64,000 nt of DNA. Origin: a bacterium (GTDB lineage: Bacteria > Vulcanimicrobiota > Xenobia > Xenobiales > JADMJV01). The notes under the pieces were generated by a model. That model saw only the letters and a program-made list of their open reading frames with translations. It was not told the origin of the DNA and did no database searches. Positions 27,373-36,720 of this stretch are shown in pieces. The stretch spans positions 472 to 64,471 of the forward strand of contig JAFEBA010000015.1 in assembly GCA_018266105.1 (NCBI GenBank), read 5' to 3'. Made by a program: the position numbers and the translations under genes. Each line of letters begins with the position of its first letter. Positions within the stretch are counted from its first letter, which is position 1.

Positions 27373-28518
27373 ATGTTCAACCTTTCACCGCTCTCCTGGG
27401 TCGGACTGATTTGCTGGATCATCGCGCTCACCTCAGCCGTGATTTGGGGCCGATCTTTCCGTCACAAGCAGCGCAATTTGATGGGCAATATGGCCATCTA
27501 CTTCACGCTATCCGGTCTGGTGCTCTGTCTGGCCGTAGGCTCGCTGGCCATGAAAGGCCTGAATTTTGGTCTTGATTTCACCGGCGGCACCATCCTGGAG
27601 CTGGGCTCCGAAAAGATGGTCACCACCACCGAGGTGCAGCAAGCTCTGGAAGACTTCAAGTCACCAGAACTTGGCGACCGAATGGTGCAGGTGGGCGACA
27701 CCATGCAAAAAGACGAGGAAGGCAAGGCTTATCAGCGCGTGGTCGTGCGTGTCACGCGTGCCCAGGCCACCCCTGAGGGCGGCAAGCAGCTGGAGAACAA
27801 AGAGCCCGCCGAGCTCGAGAAGCACCTGGCCAGCAAGCTGGGCAACCTCAAAGAGCTGGGCACCGCCAGTATCGGTCCCACCATCACCGGCGAGTTGCGT
27901 TACCACGCCTTTCTGGCGATGGGCGTGGCCATGCTCGTTCAGGGCCTGTATATCTTCCTGCGTTTCGGACTGCTCTGGCGCTACGGCATCGCCGCCAACG
28001 TGGCCATCATTCACGACGTGGTGATTATGGTCGGCCTGTATTCGTTGGCCGGTCGCCAGCTGGACTCGCCTTTCGTGGCCGCACTGCTGACGGTGGCGGG
28101 TTACTCCGTGATGGACTCGGTGGTTATTTTCGACCGAATCCGTGAAAACGATCAGTTCTATGGTGGCAAAAAGCCATTTCCGGAGATCGTCAACACTTCG
28201 GTCAATCAGACCATGTCACGTTCGGTGAATACCACCTTGACCGTGCTGATTACCCTGGTGGCCATCTATTTCTTCGGCGGCAGCACCCTGCAGAACTTCG
28301 CTTTTGCGCTGCTGGTGGGCATTACCTCGGGAGCTTACTCATCAGTCTTTGTGGCTGCACCCACGCTGGTCATCATCGATAAATACTTTAAGAGCGCCCC
28401 CAAGCCTCAAGTCAGCTACTCGGCCGCACCCGCCGAGGTTGACCCCGTTTACGAGGAAACCGGAACGGATGATGGCCCCAAACGGCGTCGAGTCCGTGGC
28501 CAGCGCCGCAAGCTGTAG
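27373..28518 (+). CDS. secF: Protein translocase subunit SecF.
   Basis: It immediately follows secD. Motifs GLDFTGGT and DVVIMVGLYS...DRIREN are present, with a C-terminal RND-like TM bundle. Start chosen at MFNLSPL. Confidence 0.85.
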   Translation: MFNLSPLSWVGLICWIIALTSAVIWGRSFRHKQRNLMGNMAIYFTLSGLVLCLAVGSLAMKGLNFGLDFTGGTILELGSEKMVTTTEVQQALEDFKSPELGDRMVQVGDTMQKDEEGKAYQRVVVRVTRAQATPEGGKQLENKEPAELEKHLASKLGNLKELGTASIGPTITGELRYHAFLAMGVAMLVQGLYIFLRFGLLWRYGIAANVAIIHDVVIMVGLYSLAGRQLDSPFVAALLTVAGYSVMDSVVIFDRIRENDQFYGGKKPFPEIVNTSVNQTMSRSVNTTLTVLITLVAIYFFGGSTLQNFAFALLVGITSGAYSSVFVAAPTLVIIDKYFKSAPKPQVSYSAAPAEVDPVYEETGTDDGPKRRRVRGQRRKL

Positions 28519-30888
28519 ATGAGTTCTCTCGGGGTGACCGTGGCCGGGCGATATCGCCTGGACGCGCTGCTGGGTAAAGGCAATCTGGGCAACGTCTATC
28601 TGGCCCAGGATCTCCAGTCGCAGCGACAGGTGACCCTGAAGCTGGCCCATTCGGTCGACCAGGCCAGCGGACGCTCCCTGTCGGTGCGGTTTCGCCGCGA
28701 GCTGGAGCTGGGGTCCAAGCTGCGGCATCCGGCCATCGTTAAACCCCTGGACGCAGGTGAGTTCCTGGGCAGCCCCTTCCTGGTTTGCGAGCACGTGGAT
28801 GGACAGTCCCTGCTGGATTGGTTCGAAAGCCAGGGGCGCAACTACGAATTGTTGGCGGGCGTCCTGGAGACGGTCCTGGAGGCCTTGTCGCTGGCCCATT
28901 CGCACAAGGTGCCCCATCGTGCTCTCAAGCCCGATCATATTCTGGTTGACCAGAACGGTCAGCCTATGGTCCTGGATTTCGGGCTTTCGGCACGTCTGGA
29001 CGATCAGATCGGTCGCTCCCCCCTGGCCCTGGCCTATTTGAGTCCTGAACAAATCCTGGGGGAGCGCGGGGACGGCCGCAGCGACTTATATGCGCTGGGG
29101 GCTATCCTCTACCACCTGGCCGCCGGAGGCCCGCCCTTCCTGGCTCCCACCAATGCTCAGATGCTGCTCTCGCATCTACATCAGCAGCCGGTGCCGCTTT
29201 CCAATCTGCCCCGCTCCGTGCCCACCTGGCTGGATCGGTTGGTGCGCCGTTTGCTGTCCAAGCATGCCGACGACCGGCCCACCAGCGCTCAGGATGTCCT
29301 CTCGCTGGTCCGCCGTCGTCCCAGTCGGGGCCCGAACATGCCCGCGGTTCTGGCGCCTCTGATGGGGCGCGAAAAGGAACTGGCTTTCCTGACCGGCTGC
29401 CTTGAAAATCTGGCCATTGGCGAAGGCAACTGCATTTGGGTATGGGGTGAAACCGGGGTGGGCAAGGCTCATCTGCTCCAGCACCTGCGCCGTCAGGCAG
29501 CGCGCGAGGTGGAGTGGCTGGAACTGGACCCGGGTGAAGTGCGCCCGCTGCACTGGATGGATTGGGTCAAGCATCCTGCTTTGGGCTTCTATCCAGACGC
29601 CAACCGACTCCATGACTGGTCTTCTCAGAAATCTCGCATTTGCGTGATTCATGGCTTCGAGCAGGCCGACGATAGCCTCTGGGGGCTGCTGGCGGATTGG
29701 GCGGATACGGCCAAGCGGACTCCGCTGCTCTTGATTCTCGTCAGTCAGAGCGCCCCCCGAGATACCTTCAGGCCGCGCCTGACCGGCGACCTCCAGGTGC
29801 AGGGATTGTCTCGCGAGCAGTGCGCCCGCCTGATCGAGGAACGCCTTTGGTCGCCTCCTCCGCCTGAGGCGGCCACATGGCTGCACCGCGTCAGCGGAGG
29901 AAGCCCGCTCTTTCTGGGGCTGCTGCTGGAAAAGGTTGAGGGGGCCTATCTGGCGGTGGATGGTCCCGCGGCACGGTGGCAGGCGCCGCCGGTTCAGATG
30001 GAAGTCGATTTGCACACCTGGCTCACGCGCGATCTGGAAGAATTGGGCGAATCCGCTGCCGATTTTTTGGCCGTGGCGGCGGTGATCGGAGCTCGCTTCC
30101 CCTACAATCTGATCAAATCGCTCTACCTGGGTGAGGAAGCTCAGTTGGAACAGTTGTTGGACCAGTTGATGCGACTGGGGTGGTTGCAGGAGAGTTGGGA
30201 CGCCGGGGTGGCCAGTCACCGCTTCACTCACCGCGCTCGCTGGCAGGCTGCCCTGGCTCAGGTGGATAAACGCCGGGCCAAGCGCCTGGCGGGCCTGGTG
30301 GGGGCATTTTTGGAGTTTCCTCAGTCCGGATCGCCGGATTGGGAACGCGCCGCCGATTACTACGAATCGGCGGCCGATCAGCGTTCTCTGCTGCGCACTC
30401 TCACTCAGTGCCTTTTGTTGGCCTGCGAGGCGGAAGAATGGGAGTGGGCCCGCGGCTGGATGAAGCGCTGCCAGCGTGCGGCTGCCTCCACGGTGGAGCG
30501 CATCTTCCCCGGCCCCTGGTATCATTTTGGCTGGCTCGGTACCAGCCCGGCTTCGGGTCCGCGCCATTTTCTGGCTACCCTGTTGGCATCCCAGGGGCGT
30601 TCCGAGGAGGCCCTGTGGTATCTGCAATTGTCACTGGAAGATAACCTGGAGGACGATCCGCCTAGATGGGTGGAGAACCTCTTGCTGCGTGTCGTATTCC
30701 AGTTGCGCGGCTGGGTTCAGCTGGGAAGGCCGTTGGGCGAATTGTTGCAAGAGGCGCGTCAGGTCGCCCGCGATAGCGGGTTTGAGCAGGGCGAGGCCCT
30801 GGCTTCGGCACTGGCCCTCCGACTGAGCCCGGGCAAAACCGGGCCGGCCGGAACTCCCACGGGGTGGTCGGAATTGGAGGGGCGATGA
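28519..30888 (+). CDS. Hanks-type protein kinase domain, predicted catalytically inactive, fused to a STAND/AAA-like NTPase module and a C-terminal helical (TPR-like) region.
   Basis: Kinase subdomains I-XI are recognisable: GKGNLGNVY, VTLK, DFG and SPE. The catalytic loop reads HRALKPDH instead of HRDLKPxN. The P-loop is GETGVGKAH (GKA rather than GK[ST]). The start codon abuts the secF stop, and the 3' end overlaps the dsbD start (ATGA). Confidence 0.8.
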   Translation: MSSLGVTVAGRYRLDALLGKGNLGNVYLAQDLQSQRQVTLKLAHSVDQASGRSLSVRFRRELELGSKLRHPAIVKPLDAGEFLGSPFLVCEHVDGQSLLDWFESQGRNYELLAGVLETVLEALSLAHSHKVPHRALKPDHILVDQNGQPMVLDFGLSARLDDQIGRSPLALAYLSPEQILGERGDGRSDLYALGAILYHLAAGGPPFLAPTNAQMLLSHLHQQPVPLSNLPRSVPTWLDRLVRRLLSKHADDRPTSAQDVLSLVRRRPSRGPNMPAVLAPLMGREKELAFLTGCLENLAIGEGNCIWVWGETGVGKAHLLQHLRRQAAREVEWLELDPGEVRPLHWMDWVKHPALGFYPDANRLHDWSSQKSRICVIHGFEQADDSLWGLLADWADTAKRTPLLLILVSQSAPRDTFRPRLTGDLQVQGLSREQCARLIEERLWSPPPPEAATWLHRVSGGSPLFLGLLLEKVEGAYLAVDGPAARWQAPPVQMEVDLHTWLTRDLEELGESAADFLAVAAVIGARFPYNLIKSLYLGEEAQLEQLLDQLMRLGWLQESWDAGVASHRFTHRARWQAALAQVDKRRAKRLAGLVGAFLEFPQSGSPDWERAADYYESAADQRSLLRTLTQCLLLACEAEEWEWARGWMKRCQRAAASTVERIFPGPWYHFGWLGTSPASGPRHFLATLLASQGRSEEALWYLQLSLEDNLEDDPPRWVENLLLRVVFQLRGWVQLGRPLGELLQEARQVARDSGFEQGEALASALALRLSPGKTGPAGTPTGWSELEGR

Positions 30889-32936
30889 AACGGATCTTAC
30901 TGTTGCTCTTATTGACCAGCCTGGCCTGGGCTCGTCCGGTGCGGGATGGACACGTTGAGGTTGAGCTGGTGGCCCAACCGGGCACCCCGGTCGCCGGCCA
31001 AACTCTGGAACTGGGCATCCATTTCAAGATGGACGAGCACTGGCATGTCTACTATAAGAATCCCGGCGCCACTGGCTACAAGCCCAAGTTCACCTGGCAT
31101 TTGCCGCCGGGTTGGAAAGCCGGCGAAGTCGCCTGGCCCGTGCCGCAGCGTCTGGTGATCGCTGACCTGCAGCAATTCGTCTACGAGAAAGAAGTGTTGC
31201 TTGCCACCAAGGTGACCGTTCCCTCCGACTTCAAAGGCGGTCCAGTCAAGCTGAGTGCCGATGTGGAGTGGTTGGCCTGCTCCGAGAGTTGCATCCCGGG
31301 CCAGGCCAAAGTTGAGCTGCAGTTGCCCGAAGAGGTCGTTCCCACCGCTCTCTTTCAACAGGCGACCGAAGAGCTTCCCCAGTCCACGGGCAACATTACT
31401 TTGCGTGCCTGGCGCCTGGAACCTAAAAAAGCTTTCCTTGAGTATCCCGGTGATACCGGAGATCGGGCCGACTTTTTCGCAGACAGCGCTGAGGCCAATT
31501 TTGACTCTGCCCCGGTCTGGCAGCCAGGCAAGGGCCTGGAAATTCCAGTTCAGGAGAAAGAGGGCAAGCTCCAAGGTGTGCTGGCCATCGAGCAGGCTGG
31601 CAAGCGCAAGGGTTTGCTGGTCGACATCCCGATTGAAGCCAAGGCTCCCGCCAGGCCTCTCTCCAACCCGGTTCCCTCGGTCCCTACCGCTGGCGGCAAT
31701 GCTGGTGTGGGCTTTTGGAGCGCTCTTTTCGGGGCCTTCCTGGCAGGCATGATCTTGAATCTGATGCCTTGCGTTTTCCCTGTCCTCAGCTTGAAGGCCC
31801 TGAGTCTGGTCCGCCATAACCAGGATGGTCCCAAAGCGCATTGGACGCAGGGCTGGGTTTACACGGCCGGCGTACTGGTCTCCATCTGGGTGATTGCAGC
31901 GCCCTTGCTGCTGGTGACCGGGACTCGCAGCCTGGGTTGGGGCTACCAGATGCAATCGCCTGTCTTTGTCACCCTGCTGGCCGGTCTGTTTTTAGGTATC
32001 GCACTCAATTTGTTTGGTCTGTTTGAAGTCGGCGAGGGGCTGACCAGACTGGCTTCGGTGGCCGAGGGGCGAAAGGGGTACTCAGAGTCGTTCTGGAGCG
32101 GTATTGTGGCCACCGTCTCGGCCACGCCCTGCACCGGACCATTCATGGGAGCCGCGCTCGGCTACGCCGTCACTCAGAGTCCCCTGGTGGCCTTTCTGGT
32201 TTTCACTTCGCTTGGCCTGGGCATCGCCTTTCCCTATCTCATCCTGTGTGGAGTCCCCGCCGCCCGCGGCTGGCTGCCACGCCCGGGGGCCTGGATGGAA
32301 AGTTTCAAGGTGGGCATGGGATTTCCGATGCTTGCGGCCATGGTCTGGTTTGTCTACATTCTGGCCAATTTGCTGTCGGCAGAAGGTCTGGGATTGGTGA
32401 TGGGCGGCCTGGTCACAATTTCCCTGGGCGCCTGGGTCTTTGGCCGTTGGGGCTATAGCACGGAGTCTTCCACTCGCTTCAAAGGCAAGTCGCTGGCTGC
32501 ACTGCTGATGCTGCTGGGGCTGGGAGGGGCGGCCGGGGTAGCCTACTCCGAGAAGTATGGCCATAACCGTCACGTACAGGTGGCTCATACTGAGGGCGGA
32601 CTGACCTGGGAGCCTTTCACTCCTGAAAAGCTGGACGAGCTGCGCAAGCAGGGCAAGCCTGTCTTCATCGATTTCACGGCCGCCTGGTGCATTAACTGCA
32701 AAGTCAACGAGAAGCTGACCCTGGCTGAAGCCTCGGTGATTCAGGCCTTCCTGCAGAAGCAGGTGGTGCTTTTAAAGGCGGATTGGACCCAACGAGACGA
32801 GACGATCGGTAAGTTCCTGGCCAGCTTTGGCCGCACCGGAGTGCCCTTTTACGTCTATTATCCGCCCAACGGAGAGCCTCGTCCGTTGCCTGAGGCCATC
32901 AGCCCTGGAATTGTGAAGTCGGCCCTGGAGCCATAG
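30885..32936 (+). CDS. dsbD: Thiol:disulfide interchange protein DsbD (periplasmic alpha domain, transmembrane beta domain, thioredoxin-like gamma domain).
   Basis: Signal peptide. TM core with LNLMPCVFPVLSLK. C-terminal thioredoxin motif AAWCINCK. Confidence 0.8.
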   Translation: MKRILLLLLLTSLAWARPVRDGHVEVELVAQPGTPVAGQTLELGIHFKMDEHWHVYYKNPGATGYKPKFTWHLPPGWKAGEVAWPVPQRLVIADLQQFVYEKEVLLATKVTVPSDFKGGPVKLSADVEWLACSESCIPGQAKVELQLPEEVVPTALFQQATEELPQSTGNITLRAWRLEPKKAFLEYPGDTGDRADFFADSAEANFDSAPVWQPGKGLEIPVQEKEGKLQGVLAIEQAGKRKGLLVDIPIEAKAPARPLSNPVPSVPTAGGNAGVGFWSALFGAFLAGMILNLMPCVFPVLSLKALSLVRHNQDGPKAHWTQGWVYTAGVLVSIWVIAAPLLLVTGTRSLGWGYQMQSPVFVTLLAGLFLGIALNLFGLFEVGEGLTRLASVAEGRKGYSESFWSGIVATVSATPCTGPFMGAALGYAVTQSPLVAFLVFTSLGLGIAFPYLILCGVPAARGWLPRPGAWMESFKVGMGFPMLAAMVWFVYILANLLSAEGLGLVMGGLVTISLGAWVFGRWGYSTESSTRFKGKSLAALLMLLGLGGAAGVAYSEKYGHNRHVQVAHTEGGLTWEPFTPEKLDELRKQGKPVFIDFTAAWCINCKVNEKLTLAEASVIQAFLQKQVVLLKADWTQRDETIGKFLASFGRTGVPFYVYYPPNGEPRPLPEAISPGIVKSALEP

Positions 32937-32939
32937 TCG

Positions 32940-33314
32940 TCAGGGTAGGGGGTCGCCGGTGGATTCCGCTTGCTTGTCTACCTTGTGTTGCTCCGAATCC
33001 ATGCGCTGGTTCAGTCGGGCGGTTTGCTCCATCAGCGATTCCATCAACGAGCGAATTTCGGTCAGGTCGCTCTTGGGGGCCAACTGGGCCTCTTGCTTTT
33101 CTTGAAGCTGGAAGACCTTGTCCAGAAGAGGAGCCAGGTCCCCGCGGGTCAGAGCTTGATCGGGCAGGCAGCCAGCCGAGACCAGTCCTTGCTGGCGCAG
33201 GGTGCGGACCGCGTCCTGCACCCAGAGCGGGTACTCCTCGGTCATGAGCGGGCTGGCCGAGGCCGCCAGAGGAGCAATCAGGATCCAGAGACATAGCATG
33301 CGTTTCATAATCAC
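32940..33314 (-). CDS. Small secreted hypothetical protein with an SLH-like segment.
   Basis: Signal peptide MKRMLCLWILIAPLAASA. The segment QGLVSAGCLPDQALTRGDLAPLL resembles S-layer-homology motifs. Confidence 0.35.
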   Translation of the reverse strand: MIMKRMLCLWILIAPLAASASPLMTEEYPLWVQDAVRTLRQQGLVSAGCLPDQALTRGDLAPLLDKVFQLQEKQEAQLAPKSDLTEIRSLMESLMEQTARLNQRMDSEQHKVDKQAESTGDPLP

Positions 33315-33354
33315 TCCTTTCTGTCCCTAGGGAACAAAGCCTCCGGGTAGAACA

Positions 33355-34395
33355 TTGGGCCTATCGATGTCTAAACTTGCCAATTCCTTTCTATGGGATC
33401 GCTACCAGGAGTTGGAAGGCCTGGGAGAAGGCGGCATGGGCAAGGTGATTAAGGCTCGCGACCTGGGGCTGGAGCGAGAAGTTGCCATCAAGCGCCTCCG
33501 CGACGAGCTGGGCGATGCCGAGACGGCCCAGCGCTTCTTACTGGAGGCCAGGGCCACGGGCCAGCTGGAGCATCCAAACATTCCGCCGGTGTACGAGTTG
33601 GGCAAGGACGAGGAGGGGCGCCCCTACTTTGCTCTCAAGCTGGTGCGTGGGCGCAGTCTTCAACAATTGATTGAGGGCCTGCGTCAGGGAGACCCCAAGC
33701 TTCACGAGGAATTTTCCTATATTTACCGCCTGCAGATTTTCCAGAAGGTCTGCGAGGCCGTGGCTTATGCTCACGACCGCGGGATCTTGCACCGTGATAT
33801 TAAGCCGGACAATGTCATGGTGGGGGAGCTGGGCGAGGTTTTCCTGATGGATTGGGGTCTGGCCAAAGATCAGCAGGCAGGACCAGCAGACGCCACTCAG
33901 GCCGGCTTGTTTATGGGAACGCCGATGTATGCCGCCCCCGAGCAGATCGCGGGAGAGAAGCCCTGCTCCCTTTGGGATGTGTACGCCTTGGGGGCCACCC
34001 TGTACGAATGGCTTAGCCTGAAGCCTCCTCACCGCGGCGAAAGCGTTCGTGACATTCTAACATCCGTGCTGACCGTCAAGCCGACCGACCCGGTCTTCCA
34101 CTTTCATCCGGTGCAGGGCCGCATTCCGGTCGAAATGAGTCGTCTGGTCATGAAAGCCATGCATCGTGAGCCCCAGAAGCGTTTCGCTTCGGTGCGCGAG
34201 CTGCTGACCGAGGTTCAGGATATCCTGAACGGCGAGATCAATGCGGTCTGTCCCTGCACCGTGGTCAAGTCCGGCTTCCATAGCGTGGCTCGCACCCTCG
34301 ACAATTACCCCGTCCTCGTGGTGTTGGTGATCGCCTGGGCGCTTTTCCCGCTATTCGCCCTGATCATGTTCGCCTACCGATATTTTACCGGGTAA
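33355..34395 (+). CDS. Serine/threonine protein kinase, membrane-anchored, with intact catalytic motifs.
   Basis: GEGGMGKV, AIKRL, HRDIKPDNVMV, DWGLA (a DFG variant), APEQ, and a C-terminal TM helix. Confidence 0.85.
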   Translation: MGLSMSKLANSFLWDRYQELEGLGEGGMGKVIKARDLGLEREVAIKRLRDELGDAETAQRFLLEARATGQLEHPNIPPVYELGKDEEGRPYFALKLVRGRSLQQLIEGLRQGDPKLHEEFSYIYRLQIFQKVCEAVAYAHDRGILHRDIKPDNVMVGELGEVFLMDWGLAKDQQAGPADATQAGLFMGTPMYAAPEQIAGEKPCSLWDVYALGATLYEWLSLKPPHRGESVRDILTSVLTVKPTDPVFHFHPVQGRIPVEMSRLVMKAMHREPQKRFASVRELLTEVQDILNGEINAVCPCTVVKSGFHSVARTLDNYPVLVVLVIAWALFPLFALIMFAYRYFTG

Positions 34396-34400
34396 CCCGG

Positions 34401-35969
34401 TTACGGTGTCAGCGTGTAAGCGTGGTCCTGTTTGGCCCCTTCGTCAATGTGGACTCGTCCCTGATAGGGGGTGGGGGTGCCCCACTTGTCGCCGGTGAGT
34501 TGGCCGTCCGGGCCTTTCTCCACAAAGTAGGCATGGCCGTTGCCTGAAACGACCGCCTGGTCGTGTTGACCCACCTCATCTACGCTGATGTAATCCACGT
34601 GGTGTTCCAAGCCCAGATAGAGCGGCACATTGCCGGCGATTTCTCCGTCGTTGAGGCTGAGTAACGCCTGCCCATAAGTTTGGGCACCCTGATGGTGCAT
34701 GGCCCAGGCACGTTTGGCCATCGAGGCGTAGGAAAGAGTGGCCAGCCCTTTGGTCTCGTGGGATTCTCCCGCGTAGTGGTGAGCGGTGGCAGCCGCTTCC
34801 AGCTCGCCGGGGCTGATGTTTTCGTGGAAGCCATCCTTCATGGTGACGTTGTAGCTACCGTCCGGGAGTTTCTCTACGCTCTGAAAGATGTTGCCGCCAA
34901 ACTCTTGCATGGCCGCTTTGATCAGAGCGGTGGAAGCACAGTTGCCTCGGTCCGTTTGCGAGAAGCTGGTGAATAAATCTGAGCTAATCTTGCTTTCTCC
35001 AGAAAGCACCCGATCTAATGCGGCCTGATCCTCGGCCGTGAATTGAGCTCCCACCTCAGGGCTGGGCGAGTTGGCGATCTGATCCAGATCGCCGGCAGAA
35101 ATCGTGCCGTCCTTGTAGTTGGCAGCGTTCATAAAGGAGAAAATGCTGGTGGGGTCATTGTTGCTGGCCACATCGAAGGCATTCAGATAATCTGGATTGG
35201 CCAACAAGTCTTGAGCCAGACTGCGAAATTCGCCCGGGGTGTTCTGAGCATCCGCCGCCGTACGCAGGTCATCGACACTGAACTTGTCGTTTTTGCCCCC
35301 GAGCTGGTCGAAGTATTGAAAGGCGTTCTCCCCATCGTGCTGGCGCAACAGATCTGAGCGCACTGAAGCAAAGCTGCCGAAGTCACCACCCTGCTCGTTC
35401 TGCCAGGCCTGATTGAGGTCGGCCGAGGAGATGATATAGTCCACCTTGGTTCCGGTGGCCACGTCCAGGGAGTTCATCAGAACCGGGTCGGCCAGCACGG
35501 CGGCGGCCGAGTCACGAGCCGCGACCGGGGCGTTCTGATCCCCGGCCACGCGCAGAAGGTCGGAAACCCCGATCTTGCCGTCCTGGTGGCCGTGGCTTGA
35601 GTCCAACAGGTCCAGGTTCTGCTGCAAGCCCTGAATCACGGCTGGCCGGTCGCTGGCCAGTTCGCCCGCGCCACCCTGCAACTGGCTGACCAGACTCTGG
35701 ACCTGAAACTGGGGGTGGAGAATTTGTTGGATCAGGGCCTGTCCGGGGGCACTCACGGCTCCCAACGAGGCGGCCACGGAGACTCCCATGGTGGTCGCCA
35801 GCAGAGCCTTCTTGAACTTGGAACTTTTTTTCTTGATGCGAGCTTCGGCCGGGGCGGAAATGTCCACCGAATCGGTGGGGGCTGCCGGCTTGTGGGAGTA
35901 GGGGGGGCGGACCTGCGCCGGGCGTGCCAGCGGTGAGGCTTGGGAAAGGGGGCTGACCGAATTCATCAT
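34401..35969 (-). CDS. Secreted hypothetical protein with internal about 55-aa repeats and a possible papain-like (C39-like) Cys/His peptidase domain.
   Basis: Repeats of the DLLRVAGDQNAP... / DDLRTAADAQNTP... type. A candidate nucleophile sits in GNCASTALIKAAM, with a downstream GNGHAYFV. This is pattern-level evidence only. Confidence 0.4.
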   Translation of the reverse strand: MMNSVSPLSQASPLARPAQVRPPYSHKPAAPTDSVDISAPAEARIKKKSSKFKKALLATTMGVSVAASLGAVSAPGQALIQQILHPQFQVQSLVSQLQGGAGELASDRPAVIQGLQQNLDLLDSSHGHQDGKIGVSDLLRVAGDQNAPVAARDSAAAVLADPVLMNSLDVATGTKVDYIISSADLNQAWQNEQGGDFGSFASVRSDLLRQHDGENAFQYFDQLGGKNDKFSVDDLRTAADAQNTPGEFRSLAQDLLANPDYLNAFDVASNNDPTSIFSFMNAANYKDGTISAGDLDQIANSPSPEVGAQFTAEDQAALDRVLSGESKISSDLFTSFSQTDRGNCASTALIKAAMQEFGGNIFQSVEKLPDGSYNVTMKDGFHENISPGELEAAATAHHYAGESHETKGLATLSYASMAKRAWAMHHQGAQTYGQALLSLNDGEIAGNVPLYLGLEHHVDYISVDEVGQHDQAVVSGNGHAYFVEKGPDGQLTGDKWGTPTPYQGRVHIDEGAKQDHAYTLTP

Positions 35970-36072
35970 GGTCGTTCCAGCATATCCAGGCTCGGATTAA
36001 ACCGGGAGAAATAATCGCGCCCAAGGCAAACAACTTGTTTCCACTTGGCACCGCTGGTTAAGGATGAGAACC

Positions 36073-36720
36073 TTACTTTATGCGCGGATGCGTTTCTAAA
36101 ATCAGTTGCTCAAAATGGTCGAGGGCTGCCCGACCGGCTCCGGTCTGCAGCGGTCGGGTGAGAGGATGAAGCCAGCGCGGCCAGGGCCGGGCCAGATGCG
36201 ACCAGGCCTTCAGTTCACAGATAATGGCTCCGGTCTCGGAGTCTTTGGTGACGCTGAAGGTCTCCCGTCCGGCCTCAGGGTGGCCTTCCAATGTTTCATA
36301 AGAAAAGCCGCTGCGCAGAGGCTCGTCAATCACTTCATAGACCCGACTGGCAAAGAACAGGTGCACTCCCGGAACCAGGTAGTAGCGCAGGCCTACGGAG
36401 TCTCCAACCTCCACCGGCCGGCGCAGCACTCCGCGTCCAAGACGGCGGGGGAATATGTCGTAGCTGCGGATGGCTCGGGCGAGTCGTTGGAAGGCCCCCT
36501 CCGCTGTTGGCGCTCCAGCGGGTTCAACCGCCACAATTCGGCGATGGTGGTCGTGAAAACTATAGCTTCGTGGCCCGGCCAGCGTAGCCTGATTGACGGG
36601 GCGGCTCTCCCAGTCGGCCAGATTTTCTTTGACGAACCAGGGCAAGAACAAGGCGTAATCCTCCCAAAAATGACAAAAACCGCCAGAATAATCTGACGGT
36701 TTTGTCTGTCTGGCTGCCAT
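36073..36720 (-). CDS. DUF1990 (UPF0548)-like protein.
   Basis: 215 aa. The GFSYETLEGHPEAGRETFSV segment resembles the conserved GHPE.GEE.F core of DUF1990. Confidence 0.45.
   Translation of the reverse strand: MAARQTKPSDYSGGFCHFWEDYALFLPWFVKENLADWESRPVNQATLAGPRSYSFHDHHRRIVAVEPAGAPTAEGAFQRLARAIRSYDIFPRRLGRGVLRRPVEVGDSVGLRYYLVPGVHLFFASRVYEVIDEPLRSGFSYETLEGHPEAGRETFSVTKDSETGAIICELKAWSHLARPWPRWLHPLTRPLQTGAGRAALDHFEQLILETHPRIK

Noticed and set aside
29176-30627. A 483-aa minus-strand ORF antisense to the pseudokinase/STAND gene.
   Set aside because: It has Arg/Pro/Gly-rich antisense-type composition, whereas the sense frame carries unmistakable kinase motifs.
30909-31955. A 348-aa minus-strand ORF antisense to dsbD.
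   Set aside because: The sense strand encodes clear DsbD domains. The antisense ORF shows the typical high-GC open-frame artefact.
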